64,000 nt of DNA. Origin: Methylotenera sp. (lineage in GTDB: Bacteria > Pseudomonadota > Gammaproteobacteria > Burkholderiales > Methylophilaceae). The stretch's first letter is position 1. Each line of letters begins with the position of its first letter. The notes beneath the pieces are model-generated. The model had not been told where the DNA came from, ran no database searches, and saw only the letters and a program-made list of their open reading frames with translations. A program made the position numbers and the translations under genes. This document shows, piece by piece, positions 47,219 to 58,187 of this stretch. The stretch covers positions 1,297-65,296 of the forward strand of contig JACMNP010000070.1 of NCBI GenBank assembly GCA_014378495.1, read 5' to 3'.

Positions 47219-50200
47219 ATGTTTAATTTAGTTGGCATTGCTTTAAAACGTCCCTATACCTTTGTAGTGATGGCGTTATTGTTACTTATTTTCGGCACAT
47301 TAACTGCGTTGCGCAGCCCAGTGGATATTTTCCCAGAAATACGAATCCCAATCATTGCCGTAGCTTGGCAATATAACGGGCTGCCGCCAGATGAAATGGC
47401 TGGTCGAATCACTACATTATATGAACGAGTATTGACAACGACAGTCAATGATATTGAACATATCGAAGCTAATTCTTACACCGGCTTTGGTATTGTTAAG
47501 ATTTTCTTTCAGCCTGGCGTCAATGTTGCAACTGCCAATGCCCAAGTGACAGCCATTTCACAGGTTGTTATCAAGCAGATGCCAACAGGTACTACACCAC
47601 CGTTAATCCTTAATTACAGCGCTTCAACAGTGCCCATCCTGCAAATTGCATTGTCAGGAAAAGGCATGACAGAGCAGAATCTTGCTGATTTGGGTCTTAA
47701 TGTAATTCGTACACGTTTGGTTACGGTACCAGGCGCTGCAGTACCATTTCCCTTTGGTGGCAAGAGCCGTCAGGTGCAGATAGACCTCGATCCTTCGGCG
47801 ATACAGGCACGTGGACTCTCCGCGCAGGATGTTGCTAATGCCTTGGCTGCACATAATTTAATACTGCCTATTGGTACGCAAAAAATAGGCAGTTTTGAGT
47901 ACACGTTACATCTCAATAACTCTGCATCCGCGATTGAGGATTTAGGTAATCTGCCAGTCAAAGTCATTAATGGCGCTACTGTTTATATCCGTGATGTGGC
48001 GCATGTGCGGGATGGTAATCCACCGCAAACAAATATCGTACATGTGGATGGTGGTCGGTCGGTGTTAATGTCCATTCTCAAAAATGGTGCGACCTCTACA
48101 CTTTCTATTGTTTCTGGCGTTAAGGATAAGCTTGCAGAAATAAAATCTAGCTTACCTGACAACTTAGTGGCTGCTCTAATCAATGATCAATCTCTATTCG
48201 TGCGTGCCGCAATCAGTGGTGTGGCTTACGAGGGTGCTTTAGCGGCTGCATTGGCCAGCTTGATGATATTGCTGTTCTTAGGCAGTTGGCGCTCTACCAT
48301 CATTATTGCGACCTCTATACCACTCTCTATTTTAGGTGCAATCATTGGGCTTTCTGCTCTTGGAGAAACGCTGAACATTATGACCCTGGGTGGTTTAGCA
48401 CTTGCAGTGGGGATATTGGTGGATGATGCGACAGTGACTATTGAGAATATCAACTGGCATTTGGAGCAGGGCAAAGCGGTAGAAACTTCAATTTTAGATG
48501 GTGCAGCACAAATTGTGACGCCAGCATTTGTCTCACTATTATGTATATGTATCGTATTCGTTCCGATGTTTTTCTTGGATGGAGTATCACGCTTTCTCTT
48601 TGTACCGATGGCAGAGTCAGTGATGTTCGCAATGGTTAGCTCGTTTATATTGTCACGTACTTTAGTGCCTACAATGGCTAATTATTTACTTAAGCCGCAT
48701 GCGCCTCATACCGATGAACATGGAACGATAACAACACCTACACGTAATCCGCTGGTGCATTTTCAGCGTGGTTTTGAAGCTCGTTTTGAGCGGTTTCGTG
48801 CAGGATATAAAGATCTGTTGGTGATGGCGGTGGCGCATCGCCGTATATTTGTCATGGGTTTTCTTGGAATGATTATGCTGTCATTCTTATTGATTCCATT
48901 TCTTGGTCGTAACTTTTTCCCAGCGGTGGATGGCGGTCAAATATTGATGCATGTCCGCGTGCCAGTAGGTACGCGTGTAGAAGATACAGCGGCACGCTTT
49001 GCTGCGATACAATCATCAATTAAACGCGTGATTCCTGCCGATGAGATTGCAACTATCGTAGACAATATCGGTATTCCTATTAGTAGTATCAACATGACCT
49101 ACAACAATACGGGTTTGATAGGTGAGCAGGATGGCGATATACAAATTGCGCTTAAAGAAGGGCACCAGCCAACTGCCGAGTATGTTCGTAGTTTGCGCGA
49201 AGTATTACCAAGCCAGTTTCCAGGGACCACATTTTCCTTCCCGCCCGCTGATATTGTTAGCCAGATTTTGAATTTCGGGTCACCTGCGCCTATTGATTTA
49301 CAAATTCGGGGCGGTAAGCTGGCAGCCAATTTTGATTATGCCAATCAGCTGTTGGCCAAGATTCGTCTTATTCCTGGCGTAGTCGATGCACGTATTCAAC
49401 AATCACGTACCAGCCCAGTATTTAATATTAATGTTGATAGAACACGCGCACAAGAAGTGGGTATCAGTACAAGAGATGTAACCAATAGCTTAGTGGTAAA
49501 TCTTGCTGGTAGCTCGCAAGTTTCACCTACTTTCTGGCTCAATCCAGCGAATGGCGTATCTTATCCTATCGTATTGCAAACACCACAATATCGCTTAGAT
49601 AGCTTGAATGCGTTAGCTAATCTGCCTATTAGTGGCGTAGGTAATGCGCCACAAACACTAGGTGCGCTGGCTACTTTTGAACGTGGCATGAGTAATGCTG
49701 TAGTGAGTCAATACGATATTCAAGCAATGGTCCAGATTAACGCCACTACGCAGGACAGAGACTTGGGCGCAGTAGCTAAAGATATTCGGAAGATCATGGC
49801 TGATACAGTTGACCAAGTACCTAAAGGTGCAACCGTGGCATTACTTGGGCAGGTAAAGACGATGGATAGTGCTTTCTCTGGTTTATTATTCGGTTTACTG
49901 GGTGCTATTGTGCTTATTTATTTACTGATTGTGGTTAATTTCCAATCTTGGAGCGACCCGTTCGTCATTATCACCGCGCTTCCCGCAGCGTTAGCAGGCA
50001 TAGTGTGGATGTTATTTGCTACTTTTACACCATTATCAGTGCCAGCATTAACTGGCGCTATCATGTGTATGGGCGTTGCTACAGCGAATAGCGTATTGGT
50101 GATCAGTTTTGCACGTGAGCGCTTAGATGAACTTGGTGATGCTACTGCTGCAGCCATTGATGCTGGTTTCGTCCGCTTTCGTCCGGTACTAATGACGGCG

Positions 50201-50410
50201 CTAGCGATGATTATTGGTATGGCACCGATGGCACTTGGCCTTGGCGAAGGCGGCGAACAAAATGCGCCATTAGGCCGCGCGGTGATAGGAGGCTTAATAT
50301 TTGCTACCATTGCTACGCTTATTTTCGTTCCTGTTGTATTTAGCATCGTACACAGGCGTTATAAAAAACAATCTGACCCTGATTCAATTGGAGAACTTCA
50401 TGCAGGCTAA
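47219..50410 (+). CDS. RND efflux permease (AcrB/AcrD/AcrF superfamily)
   Basis: DIFPEI, GLALAVGILVDDATVTIENI, RFRPVLMTALAMIIGMAP, PLGRAVIGGL; start is ATG 47219 or TTG 47207. Confidence 0.95.
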   Translation: MFNLVGIALKRPYTFVVMALLLLIFGTLTALRSPVDIFPEIRIPIIAVAWQYNGLPPDEMAGRITTLYERVLTTTVNDIEHIEANSYTGFGIVKIFFQPGVNVATANAQVTAISQVVIKQMPTGTTPPLILNYSASTVPILQIALSGKGMTEQNLADLGLNVIRTRLVTVPGAAVPFPFGGKSRQVQIDLDPSAIQARGLSAQDVANALAAHNLILPIGTQKIGSFEYTLHLNNSASAIEDLGNLPVKVINGATVYIRDVAHVRDGNPPQTNIVHVDGGRSVLMSILKNGATSTLSIVSGVKDKLAEIKSSLPDNLVAALINDQSLFVRAAISGVAYEGALAAALASLMILLFLGSWRSTIIIATSIPLSILGAIIGLSALGETLNIMTLGGLALAVGILVDDATVTIENINWHLEQGKAVETSILDGAAQIVTPAFVSLLCICIVFVPMFFLDGVSRFLFVPMAESVMFAMVSSFILSRTLVPTMANYLLKPHAPHTDEHGTITTPTRNPLVHFQRGFEARFERFRAGYKDLLVMAVAHRRIFVMGFLGMIMLSFLLIPFLGRNFFPAVDGGQILMHVRVPVGTRVEDTAARFAAIQSSIKRVIPADEIATIVDNIGIPISSINMTYNNTGLIGEQDGDIQIALKEGHQPTAEYVRSLREVLPSQFPGTTFSFPPADIVSQILNFGSPAPIDLQIRGGKLAANFDYANQLLAKIRLIPGVVDARIQQSRTSPVFNINVDRTRAQEVGISTRDVTNSLVVNLAGSSQVSPTFWLNPANGVSYPIVLQTPQYRLDSLNALANLPISGVGNAPQTLGALATFERGMSNAVVSQYDIQAMVQINATTQDRDLGAVAKDIRKIMADTVDQVPKGATVALLGQVKTMDSAFSGLLFGLLGAIVLIYLLIVVNFQSWSDPFVIITALPAALAGIVWMLFATFTPLSVPALTGAIMCMGVATANSVLVISFARERLDELGDATAAAIDAGFVRFRPVLMTALAMIIGMAPMALGLGEGGEQNAPLGRAVIGGLIFATIATLIFVPVVFSIVHRRYKKQSDPDSIGELHAG

Positions 50411-51602
50411 CAATAAGGCTAATAGTCTTTCGCGCCGCACTTTACGTATTAGTGGCATCTTAGTTGCTGTCTTCGCGATTATCATTGTGGTCTTAGGCGT
50501 TACTACCCGTGCTAACAATAATAGTAATCTGAAAGAATGGACCAATAAACAAGCCGTGCCTACAGTCAGCGTTAACCCACCAAACGGCGCTGGTGATGCA
50601 TCTAGCCTAGACTTACCTGGTCGCTTTGAGGCATATGCCCGTGCACCTATCTACGCACGTGTGAGTGGCTATTTAAAAAGCTGGAAAGTTGATATAGGCA
50701 CCGTGGTAAAAGCAGGTCAATTATTAGGTGAAATAGAAACGCCAGATTTAGATCAACAATTACTACAGGCTAGCGCTGATTTAGGCAGTGCTCAAGCTAA
50801 CGTTGGCTTGGCAGCGACCACCGCTAAACGTTGGCAGGATATGTTGGTGACCGATTCAGTGTCTAAGCAAGAAGTTGACGACAGAACAGGTGATTACGCG
50901 AGTAAACAAGCCATGGTAAAAGCAGCACAAGCCAATGTAAACCGCATACTCGCTTTAAAAAGCTTTACGCGTATTGTGGCGCCTTTTAATGGCACTGTGA
51001 CTGCCCGTAATACAGATACTGGCGCCTTAATTAATGCAGGTGGTGGTACTGGCCCTGCTTTATTCGAGATTTCAGATACGCGTAAATTACGTTTATATGT
51101 AAACGTGCCTCAGAATTACGTAAACAGCATCAAACAGGGGACTAAAGCTAATATCACTGTCCCTGAGCAGCCAGCTAAAACCTATACTGCTACAGTCGAG
51201 ACGACCTCAGGCGCTATTGATGTTGCCTCTGGAACAATATTAGTGCAGCTAGCCGTCGATAATGCCGCTGGTGAATTGTTGCCGGGTGGCTTTGCTAATG
51301 TAAGCTTAAATTTACTTAGTAATCAAGCTTTGCTTAGTGTGCCTGCTAGCGCACTGATTTTTGATCAGTCTGGGTTACGTGTGGCTACGGTTGGCGCTGA
51401 TAATAAAGTGCTGGTAAAGACAATCACTATCGCGCGCGACCTTGGTAAAACAATCGAATTGCATTCAGGTCTCAATGCAGATGATCGCGTGATAGAAAAC
51501 CCGCCGGATGGGATTGCTGATGGTGATCAAGTGAATATTGCGCAAAATACGAGTAAAACTGGGCAACCTAATGCTGACCAAAAGAAAAGCGATAAAAAAT
51601 GA
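50400..51602 (+). CDS. RND periplasmic adaptor (membrane fusion protein)
   Basis: RBS GGAGA before ATG 50400; IYARVSGYL, VKAGQLL, IVAPFNGTVT. Confidence 0.93.
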   Translation: MQANNKANSLSRRTLRISGILVAVFAIIIVVLGVTTRANNNSNLKEWTNKQAVPTVSVNPPNGAGDASSLDLPGRFEAYARAPIYARVSGYLKSWKVDIGTVVKAGQLLGEIETPDLDQQLLQASADLGSAQANVGLAATTAKRWQDMLVTDSVSKQEVDDRTGDYASKQAMVKAAQANVNRILALKSFTRIVAPFNGTVTARNTDTGALINAGGGTGPALFEISDTRKLRLYVNVPQNYVNSIKQGTKANITVPEQPAKTYTATVETTSGAIDVASGTILVQLAVDNAAGELLPGGFANVSLNLLSNQALLSVPASALIFDQSGLRVATVGADNKVLVKTITIARDLGKTIELHSGLNADDRVIENPPDGIADGDQVNIAQNTSKTGQPNADQKKSDKK

Positions 51603-53014
51603 GGGTACTGAATGCCACTAAGTTATTAATTGTTGTTTCAGCCTTGTCTATCGGCGCATGTTCGTTGGCGCCAGCGTTAAAAATACCAGAAGTCCCTGTT
51701 GCACAAAACTATAAGGAAACTGCCCCTTGGATGCCAGCTCGTCCAGCTGATGAGCTATCACGAGGGCCTTGGTGGGAACTATTTGGCGATTCACAATTGA
51801 ATGATTTGGAGCAGCGCTTAACGACCAATAATCCAGACCTTGCTGCGGCTATTGCACGCAATAAACAGGCACAAGCATACAGCGACCAATTGCGTTCAGG
51901 CCTTTTTCCTACACTGACAGGCACGGGTAGTGCTCAGCGTAACCGCCAGTCTGATAGGCGACCACTACGCGGCACTACCAGCGATAGTGAATATAGCGTT
52001 TATACCATTGGTGTACAGGCCGATTACGAGCTGGATTTGTGGCAGCGTGTTGGTAATCAAGTGGCCGCAGGTAAAGCTAGTGCAGAAGCTGCGCAAGCTG
52101 ATTTAGAATCTGTGCGACTTAGCTTACAAGCCCAGTTGACTGAAAACTATGTGATTCTTCGTGGCTTGGATAAGCAGATTCAATTATTAAAAGATACGGT
52201 GACTGCGAACCAGAAAAGCTTAGATTTAACCAAAGCGCGTCATGATGGTGGTATTGTGCCTGGGCTAGATGTAGCACGTGCACAAACTCAACATGACTCT
52301 GCACAATCTCAAGTTGAGCAAGCCTCAGCGCAACGTGCGCTAAGTGAGCATGCAATTGCAGTACTCGTAGGTGCTTCAGTTTCGGAGTTCAGTATTCCAG
52401 TAGCGGTGGCGGAGATGCCAGTTCCTGAAATACCGCTCGGTGTACCGTCAAGCCTATTACAGCGCAGACCAGATATTGCGGCTGCACAGCGCCGTGTCGC
52501 AGCGGATAATGCCAGTATAGGGGTTGCGCGGGCGGCGTTCTTTCCAAGCTTAACGCTCAGTGGTCTCATCGGTTTTCAAAGTACAACACCAGGCAATTGG
52601 ATAGCAGCACCTAATACGTTTTGGTCGATAGGGCCATCATTGTTGGTCAATTTATTTGATGCAGGAAAGCGTAAATCACAAGTTAAACAGGCAGAAGCTG
52701 CACTAGATGAATCGGGCGCAAAATATCGCAGTGTAGTTTTAACCGCTTTTCAGCAAGTAGAAGATAACTTAGCCTTACTCAATCATTATCGTTTGGCGGC
52801 TGAGTCTCAAGAGTCAGCCTCTGCGGCTGCTCAAAAATCTTTAGATTTTGCAATCAGTCGCTATCGTGCTGGTGCAGCTAGCTATTTGGAAGTAGCCACT
52901 TCACAAGCGCTAGCATTACAAACTCAGCGTGATTTATTAGACCTCAATACACGTCAACTGCGTGCTAGTGTGCAACTTATAAGAGCATTAGGTGGAGGTT
53001 GGTCTGAGTCTTAA
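51599..53014 (+). CDS. Outer-membrane efflux lipoprotein (NodT/OprM family)
   Basis: Lipobox IGAC; WWELFGD, NNPDL, YELDLW, PSSLLQRRPDI, LIRALGGGW. Confidence 0.95.
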   Translation: MRVLNATKLLIVVSALSIGACSLAPALKIPEVPVAQNYKETAPWMPARPADELSRGPWWELFGDSQLNDLEQRLTTNNPDLAAAIARNKQAQAYSDQLRSGLFPTLTGTGSAQRNRQSDRRPLRGTTSDSEYSVYTIGVQADYELDLWQRVGNQVAAGKASAEAAQADLESVRLSLQAQLTENYVILRGLDKQIQLLKDTVTANQKSLDLTKARHDGGIVPGLDVARAQTQHDSAQSQVEQASAQRALSEHAIAVLVGASVSEFSIPVAVAEMPVPEIPLGVPSSLLQRRPDIAAAQRRVAADNASIGVARAAFFPSLTLSGLIGFQSTTPGNWIAAPNTFWSIGPSLLVNLFDAGKRKSQVKQAEAALDESGAKYRSVVLTAFQQVEDNLALLNHYRLAAESQESASAAAQKSLDFAISRYRAGAASYLEVATSQALALQTQRDLLDLNTRQLRASVQLIRALGGGWSES

Positions 53015-53036
53015 ACAGTTTATTGGACGAAAAAAA

Positions 53037-53080
53037 ATTGCCTCAAATCACGCTTGTATAAAAGCGTCATTTAAAGCAAT
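53037..53080. terminator. Imperfect hairpin between convergent genes
   Basis: ATTGCctcAAATcACGCTT...AAGCGTcATTTaaaGCAAT, preceded by an A-tract. Confidence 0.5.
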
Positions 53081-53107
53081 CTTGTGTTTAATCAATGGCA
53101 GCGTTGA

Positions 53108-53503
53108 TTATTTTACTGCAGGTGCTGCACCTTCTGGTTCAGTAGGCTGTATCTGATTACCTTTAGTTGTACCACCATTTGTTTCTTTCTCTTTCATCAC
53201 TTTATTTTTTTTGTGATGTTTTTGAGTGGTGTTTTCAGATGGGCCTTTATCAGTCCGTTTATTTTGCTCAACATGCTGAGGCGTCTCTGAATTACCTAAA
53301 TTGCCACCATCATTTTTAAGACTGTCACTGTTTACTTCAGTGGGGCCTTTATCAGTGCGTTTATCTTGCAATTTATGTTGTGGAGACTCTGCTGTGCCAA
53401 TACTGCTAGCGTCATCAGTATTATCTGGCATAGTCGCTGCGTAAACAGAAAATGTACTTAGGGCAAGAGATGCAGCGAAAATAGTAGAAATTAATTTATT
53501 CAT
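53108..53503 (-). CDS. Small exported hydrophilic protein with two internal repeats
   Basis: Signal peptide (MNKLISTIFAASLALSTFSVYA); RBS AAGGA; repeats GTAESPQHKLQDKRTDKGP and GNSETPQHVEQNKRTDKGP. Confidence 0.75.
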   Translation of the reverse strand: MNKLISTIFAASLALSTFSVYAATMPDNTDDASSIGTAESPQHKLQDKRTDKGPTEVNSDSLKNDGGNLGNSETPQHVEQNKRTDKGPSENTTQKHHKKNKVMKEKETNGGTTKGNQIQPTEPEGAAPAVK

Positions 53504-53565
53504 TTTGATTCCTTTGTATAAAAATATTTAGGTAAATTGAAATGTAAGTTTAGTTAAATATGAAT

Positions 53566-54024
53566 TCAATGTGCTTGTAACTCAGCTGCATCGCGTAATT
53601 GTTTCACTTCATCATGATTGCGCTGAGCACTATTTAACTGACGTAAGACGATCAACACTACTTCTGACGGAAGATCTTTACTAGCGGCCTCACGATATGC
53701 CTTTAGCGCGACATCTTCGCCGCGTTCAACTTCATTGAGCACGGTTAATTTGTCATTCGTTAAAATTGCAGCTTTAAGATCAATCCAGCGACGATGTAAG
53801 TAACCACCGATTGATGCAGAATCTGCAGGTTTACCACCTAAGGTACGCACCAAACCTTGAAGCTCAATGGCACTGTGCTTCACTTCTAGCGAACGGCGTA
53901 AGAGATATGCCTGCAGTTTTGTATCGTCAACACTATCTGCCGCTTTAAGAAATCCTTCTTCACCATCTTTAGAAATTTCAATCAGATTATTAAGTATTGA
54001 AATAGCTTCTTCGTTTTTAATCAT
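53566..54024 (-). CDS. PA2169-family / DUF2383 four-helix-bundle (ferritin-like) protein
   Basis: LNNLIEISKDGEEGF, LHRRWIDLKAA, EVERGEDVALKAY; RBS AGGAG. Confidence 0.88.
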   Translation of the reverse strand: MIKNEEAISILNNLIEISKDGEEGFLKAADSVDDTKLQAYLLRRSLEVKHSAIELQGLVRTLGGKPADSASIGGYLHRRWIDLKAAILTNDKLTVLNEVERGEDVALKAYREAASKDLPSEVVLIVLRQLNSAQRNHDEVKQLRDAAELQAH

Positions 54025-54380
54025 TTAGTTTCTCCTTTATAAGTAAACTTTAGCTTTTAATAATTGCTTTAGCCTAGGTACGTACTTTCAACGAATTAAA
54101 ATAATCGAAACATAGGTGAAATGAGGAAGTTTCTGTAAGACTCGTCTTACGCTTATCTTGAATATAAGCATTAGTTTAGTTGCCAATAGCATGAAATTAG
54201 ACGCGGCTAGTCACTTGGTGCATAGATTGGCTTTAGGTTAACTTGTTTGAATGAAGGGTTTAGCTGTAAAGATAGGGTTAGAACTTGTGTTTATTAAGCC
54301 TGTCATAAAACGCGTGATGTACAGCAGAGTAAATTCAATTGCCTAATCTTATGTTATATTAGCAACGCTTAATTTAACTG

Positions 54381-54411
54381 AGATTACTTGCATTAAAAAT
54401 ACAAGTAATCT
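54381..54411. repeat. 10-bp inverted repeat upstream of ppiD
   Basis: AGATTACTTG-N11-CAAGTAATCT. Confidence 0.5.
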
Positions 54412-54460
54412 TTATGTTTTAACCATTTAGTACATATTTTATAAAGAATAGAAAGTTTTT

Positions 54461-56362
54461 ATGTTAGATAACATCCGCTCTTTAGCGCAAGGTTGGGTTG
54501 GTAAAGCATTGCTAGCTTTAATTACAATTCCGTTTGCCTTGTTCGGCATTGACTCTTATTTGAGTAGTGCAGGTAATAATGTTGCTGTGGCCGAAGTCGG
54601 CAGCAACAGCATCTCAATACAAGCCTATGGTGATGCTTTGAAAAATACGCGCGCGCGTTTGCTGGCTGAGGGTAAGGTTGACCAAGCAGAGCTAGATAGC
54701 CCTGCAGTAAAAGCGCTAGTGCTGAATCAGTTGATTAACAAACAGCTATTGTCTGACGAAATTCAACATGAAAAATATGCGATTAGTGATGCGCAACTGT
54801 CTACTTTTGTAACAGGAATGCCTGAATTTCAAAAGGATGGTAAATTCTCGCAAGAACTGTATGACCAGCTACTACAGCAAAATCATATTACCCCAACAAG
54901 ATTTGAAGCTGGCATGCGTACGGATTTGCTTGCACAGCAAGCACAAGATGGTATTGCTAAACTTGGCTTTATTTCTAATGCACGTGCAGATAGTGCTTTC
55001 AAACTTGCGAATCAACAACGTGTCGTCTCAGTGTCTGAAATTAAAACTAAAGATTTTATCAGTCAGGTAAAAATTGATCCTGCAGCTGTAAAAGCGTATT
55101 ACGATTTACATAAAGATAAATTGCGTGAACCTGAGCAAGTTAAAATTGAATTTTTGTTATTGTCAGCGAGTAGCTTGATTCCTACTATTAAAGTAGATGA
55201 TGCTGAAGTGAAGAAATTCTATGATGAGAACACTTCTAAGTTTCAAGGTAATGAACAAAGACGCGCTAGCCACATTTTAATCGGCTTTGGCGTAAGTGCA
55301 ACTCCTGAGAAGAAACAAGAAGCAAAAGCAAAAGCTGAAGCGTTATTAGCAGTGATTAAGAAAGATCCTAGTAAATTTGAATCTTTAGCCATTAAAAACT
55401 CACAAGATACTGGTTCTGCTGTGAAAGGTGGCGATTTAGGTACTTTTGGTCGTGGCGCGATGGTTAAACCATTTGAAGATGCTGCGTTTAGCATGAAAGT
55501 AAATCAAATAAGCGATTTGGTAGAGTCTGAATATGGCTACCATATTATTAAAGTGACTGAGATCAAAGGCGAAAACTCTGATTTTAATAGTTTGAAACCT
55601 CAAGTTAAAGCTGAGCTTATCTATCAAAAAGCCCAAGCTGCTTTTACGGAACAAGCTGAAGGTTTCACCAATATGGTGTATGAGCAGTCAGGTAGTTTGC
55701 AACCAGCAGCTAAAGCTTACAACGGTCAAGTACAGACTTCCGATTGGTTGAGCCGTGAAGCGGGTGCTAAATTCTTTAAAAATGACAAAATCATGAGTTT
55801 GGTTTTCTCAGATGAGGTCTTGAAAGAACATCGCAATACGGAAGCGGTAGAAGTTTCGCCAAACAATTTAGTTTCTGCACGTTTAGTTGAATATAAGCCA
55901 GCGGCAACAAAAAGTTTTGATTCTGTTAAAGCTGGCATTGAAGACTTACTTAAAATTGAAGCTGCAGCTAAATTAGCCTTAGCAAAAGGCGATGCCGCTT
56001 TAAAAACCTTGCAACAAGGTAAGGAAGCGGCTGGTCTTGACTGGATTCCTGAAGTGACAGTTGATCGTAAAAATGCACAAGGTTTAACTGAGTTAGCGAT
56101 GAATCAAGTATTTAATACAAATGCTACTAAATTACCTGCCTACTCTGGCGTGGCTAATTCTAAACAAGGCTATCTGCTTGTTAAAGTCATTAAAGTAAAT
56201 ACCCCCTCATCGACAGATGCAGATGCGCAGAAAACGGCTAAAACAGAGCTAAATGAGGCTTTATCAAGCGAATACTTGGCAGCTTACAAGCAATCACTGC
56301 GTGTTAAAGCTAAAGTAAAGGTGAATGAAAAACTTTTATTAAGTAATCAAGCTAATAATTGA
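54461..56362 (+). CDS. ppiD: Membrane-anchored periplasmic chaperone / parvulin PPIase PpiD
   Basis: N-terminal TM (PFALFGI), SurA-like domain, and parvulin motifs RRASHIL...SQDTGSAVKGGDLG...MVKPFEDAAF...YGYHII. Confidence 0.92.
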   Translation: MLDNIRSLAQGWVGKALLALITIPFALFGIDSYLSSAGNNVAVAEVGSNSISIQAYGDALKNTRARLLAEGKVDQAELDSPAVKALVLNQLINKQLLSDEIQHEKYAISDAQLSTFVTGMPEFQKDGKFSQELYDQLLQQNHITPTRFEAGMRTDLLAQQAQDGIAKLGFISNARADSAFKLANQQRVVSVSEIKTKDFISQVKIDPAAVKAYYDLHKDKLREPEQVKIEFLLLSASSLIPTIKVDDAEVKKFYDENTSKFQGNEQRRASHILIGFGVSATPEKKQEAKAKAEALLAVIKKDPSKFESLAIKNSQDTGSAVKGGDLGTFGRGAMVKPFEDAAFSMKVNQISDLVESEYGYHIIKVTEIKGENSDFNSLKPQVKAELIYQKAQAAFTEQAEGFTNMVYEQSGSLQPAAKAYNGQVQTSDWLSREAGAKFFKNDKIMSLVFSDEVLKEHRNTEAVEVSPNNLVSARLVEYKPAATKSFDSVKAGIEDLLKIEAAAKLALAKGDAALKTLQQGKEAAGLDWIPEVTVDRKNAQGLTELAMNQVFNTNATKLPAYSGVANSKQGYLLVKVIKVNTPSSTDADAQKTAKTELNEALSSEYLAAYKQSLRVKAKVKVNEKLLLSNQANN

Positions 56363-56370
56363 CTTAAACA

Positions 56371-56428
56371 TAAGTTAAACCCAATAAAAAAGGCACTATA
56401 AAGTGCCTTTTTTATTGGGTTTAACTTA
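56371..56428. terminator. Bidirectional intrinsic terminator (27-bp perfect inverted repeat)
   Basis: TAAGTTAAACCCAATAAAAAAGGCACT-ataa-AGTGCCTTTTTTATTGGGTTTAACTTA between convergent ppiD and fabI. Confidence 0.9.
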
Positions 56429-56483
56429 CACAGTAATCACAATTTAATAGTAATCACAAATTAAGTCATTGCCACTTTAATAT

Positions 56484-57269
56484 TTATTCAATCACGCCAG
56501 CAGCAGTAATATTCATACCGCCATCGACATACGTAATTTCACCTGTAACGCCTGAAGCTAAGTCACTACATAAGAATGCAGCAACATTACCCACTTCTTC
56601 GATGGTGACATTACGGCGTAATGCGGCATGCTTTTCATTGAAATTAATCATTTTGTCAAAGTCTGCAATTCCAGAGGCCGCTAGTGTTTTAATAGGCCCA
56701 GCAGATATTGCATTTACACGAATACCTTTAGGACCTAAGCTTTGTGCCATATAACGAACATTTGCTTCTAAGCTCGCTTTAGCTAAACCCATGACATTGT
56801 AGTTAGGCATTGTGCGTTCAGCACCTAAATAACTTAAAGTGAGTAAGCTAGCATTCCGCCCTAGCATCATTGGTAGCGCTGCTTTGGCTAATGCGGCAAA
56901 ACTATATGAGCTAATGTCGTGTGCGATACGAAAATTTTCACGCGTAACAGCATCAAGATAATCGCCGTCTAATGCAGTTTTTGGTACAAATGCTACTGAG
57001 TGAACTATGCCGTCAATACCATCCCAATGTTTAGCAATCGCTGGAAACAGCGCATCAATCAACGTATCTTCTGCTACATCACAATGAAATACGAGCTTTG
57101 AATCAAATTCAGCAGCAAGACCAGCAACGCGGCCTTCATGTTTTTCCATTTGATAAGTGAAAGCCAATTCTGCACCCTCACGCTTCATCGCGGCTGCAAT
57201 GCCATAAGCGATTGAACGATTGCTTAATAAGCCTGCGATTAGTATTTTTTTACCTGCTAAAAATCCCAT
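56484..57269 (-). CDS. fabI: Enoyl-ACP reductase FabI
   Basis: [45 protein letters not shown]. Confidence 0.97.
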   Translation of the reverse strand: MGFLAGKKILIAGLLSNRSIAYGIAAAMKREGAELAFTYQMEKHEGRVAGLAAEFDSKLVFHCDVAEDTLIDALFPAIAKHWDGIDGIVHSVAFVPKTALDGDYLDAVTRENFRIAHDISSYSFAALAKAALPMMLGRNASLLTLSYLGAERTMPNYNVMGLAKASLEANVRYMAQSLGPKGIRVNAISAGPIKTLAASGIADFDKMINFNEKHAALRRNVTIEEVGNVAAFLCSDLASGVTGEITYVDGGMNITAAGVIE

Positions 57270-57343
57270 GAAATTCTTCCTCTAATTAACTTTATTCTTT
57301 TAAGTCGATGCTTACGTTTTTAGTCGAACGCTTGATCAATTAT

Positions 57344-58165
57344 TTAATGTTGGCTACTTCTAGGGTTAAACGCATCGCGTAACCCATCTCCAAGCAAATT
57401 ATACCCTAACACGGTGATCAGTATAGCCAGTCCTGGGAACAGAGAAAGCCACCATGCGAATTGAATGTATTCTTTACCATCCGTAAGAATGTTGCCCCAC
57501 GAAGCCTGAGGTGCTTGAACGCCTAGGCCTAAGAAACTCAGGCCGGATTCAACCAATACGGCACTGGCAATGCCTAAAATCGAGCTAACAATGATAGGCG
57601 TTAAACTATTGGGTAATAAATGCGTGAATATCAACCGCACATCTCTAGCCCCTAATGTTTGTGCAGCTAAAACGAATTCACGGTTTCGCAAACTTAGAAA
57701 TTCCGCGCGTACTAACCGCGTGACACCCATCCAAGAGGTGAGGCCAATCACTATCATAATGTTCCAGATTGAGGGCGTTAAAAATGCAATCACTGCCAAG
57801 ATTAGGAAAAAAGTGGGGATAGAGAGCATGACATCGACAATACGCATAATCACCGTATCTACCCAGCCACGATAAAAGCCTGCAATCGCACCGAGAACAA
57901 TCCCAATCGCAGTGGCAATACCAACAGCAACGAAGCCTACCATAAGCGATATACGGGCGCCGTAAAGCATGCGTGAGAATACATCACGACCCAATCCATC
58001 TGTGCCCATCCAATGATGCGATGTAGGTGACAATAAAATAGCTTTTACATCAATAGCATCTGGGTCATATGGCGCAATCAAAGGGGCGGTGAATGCAAGT
58101 ACTAATATGCTTGCAATAATAATAAAGCCTATCAAGGCGAGTGGGTTTGAGAATACTTTTTTCAT
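57344..58165 (-). CDS. Peptide/nickel ABC transporter permease (OppC/DppC-like)
   Basis: MGTDGLGRDVFSR, EFVLAAQTLGA (EAA loop), LSFLGLG, GDGLRDA. Confidence 0.93.
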   Translation of the reverse strand: MKKVFSNPLALIGFIIIASILVLAFTAPLIAPYDPDAIDVKAILLSPTSHHWMGTDGLGRDVFSRMLYGARISLMVGFVAVGIATAIGIVLGAIAGFYRGWVDTVIMRIVDVMLSIPTFFLILAVIAFLTPSIWNIMIVIGLTSWMGVTRLVRAEFLSLRNREFVLAAQTLGARDVRLIFTHLLPNSLTPIIVSSILGIASAVLVESGLSFLGLGVQAPQASWGNILTDGKEYIQFAWWLSLFPGLAILITVLGYNLLGDGLRDAFNPRSSQH

Positions 58166-58187
58166 GGCATAGTTTTTCTCTTAGGAC

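Noticed and set aside
54300-54310. Perfect pho half-site CTGTCAT-AAAA upstream of ppiD
   Set aside because: No second in-phase repeat.
56432-56465. 17-bp imperfect tandem duplication (AGTAATCACAAtTTAA) after the terminator
   Set aside because: Only two copies and no spacers; likely replication slippage, not CRISPR or a mobile-element scar.
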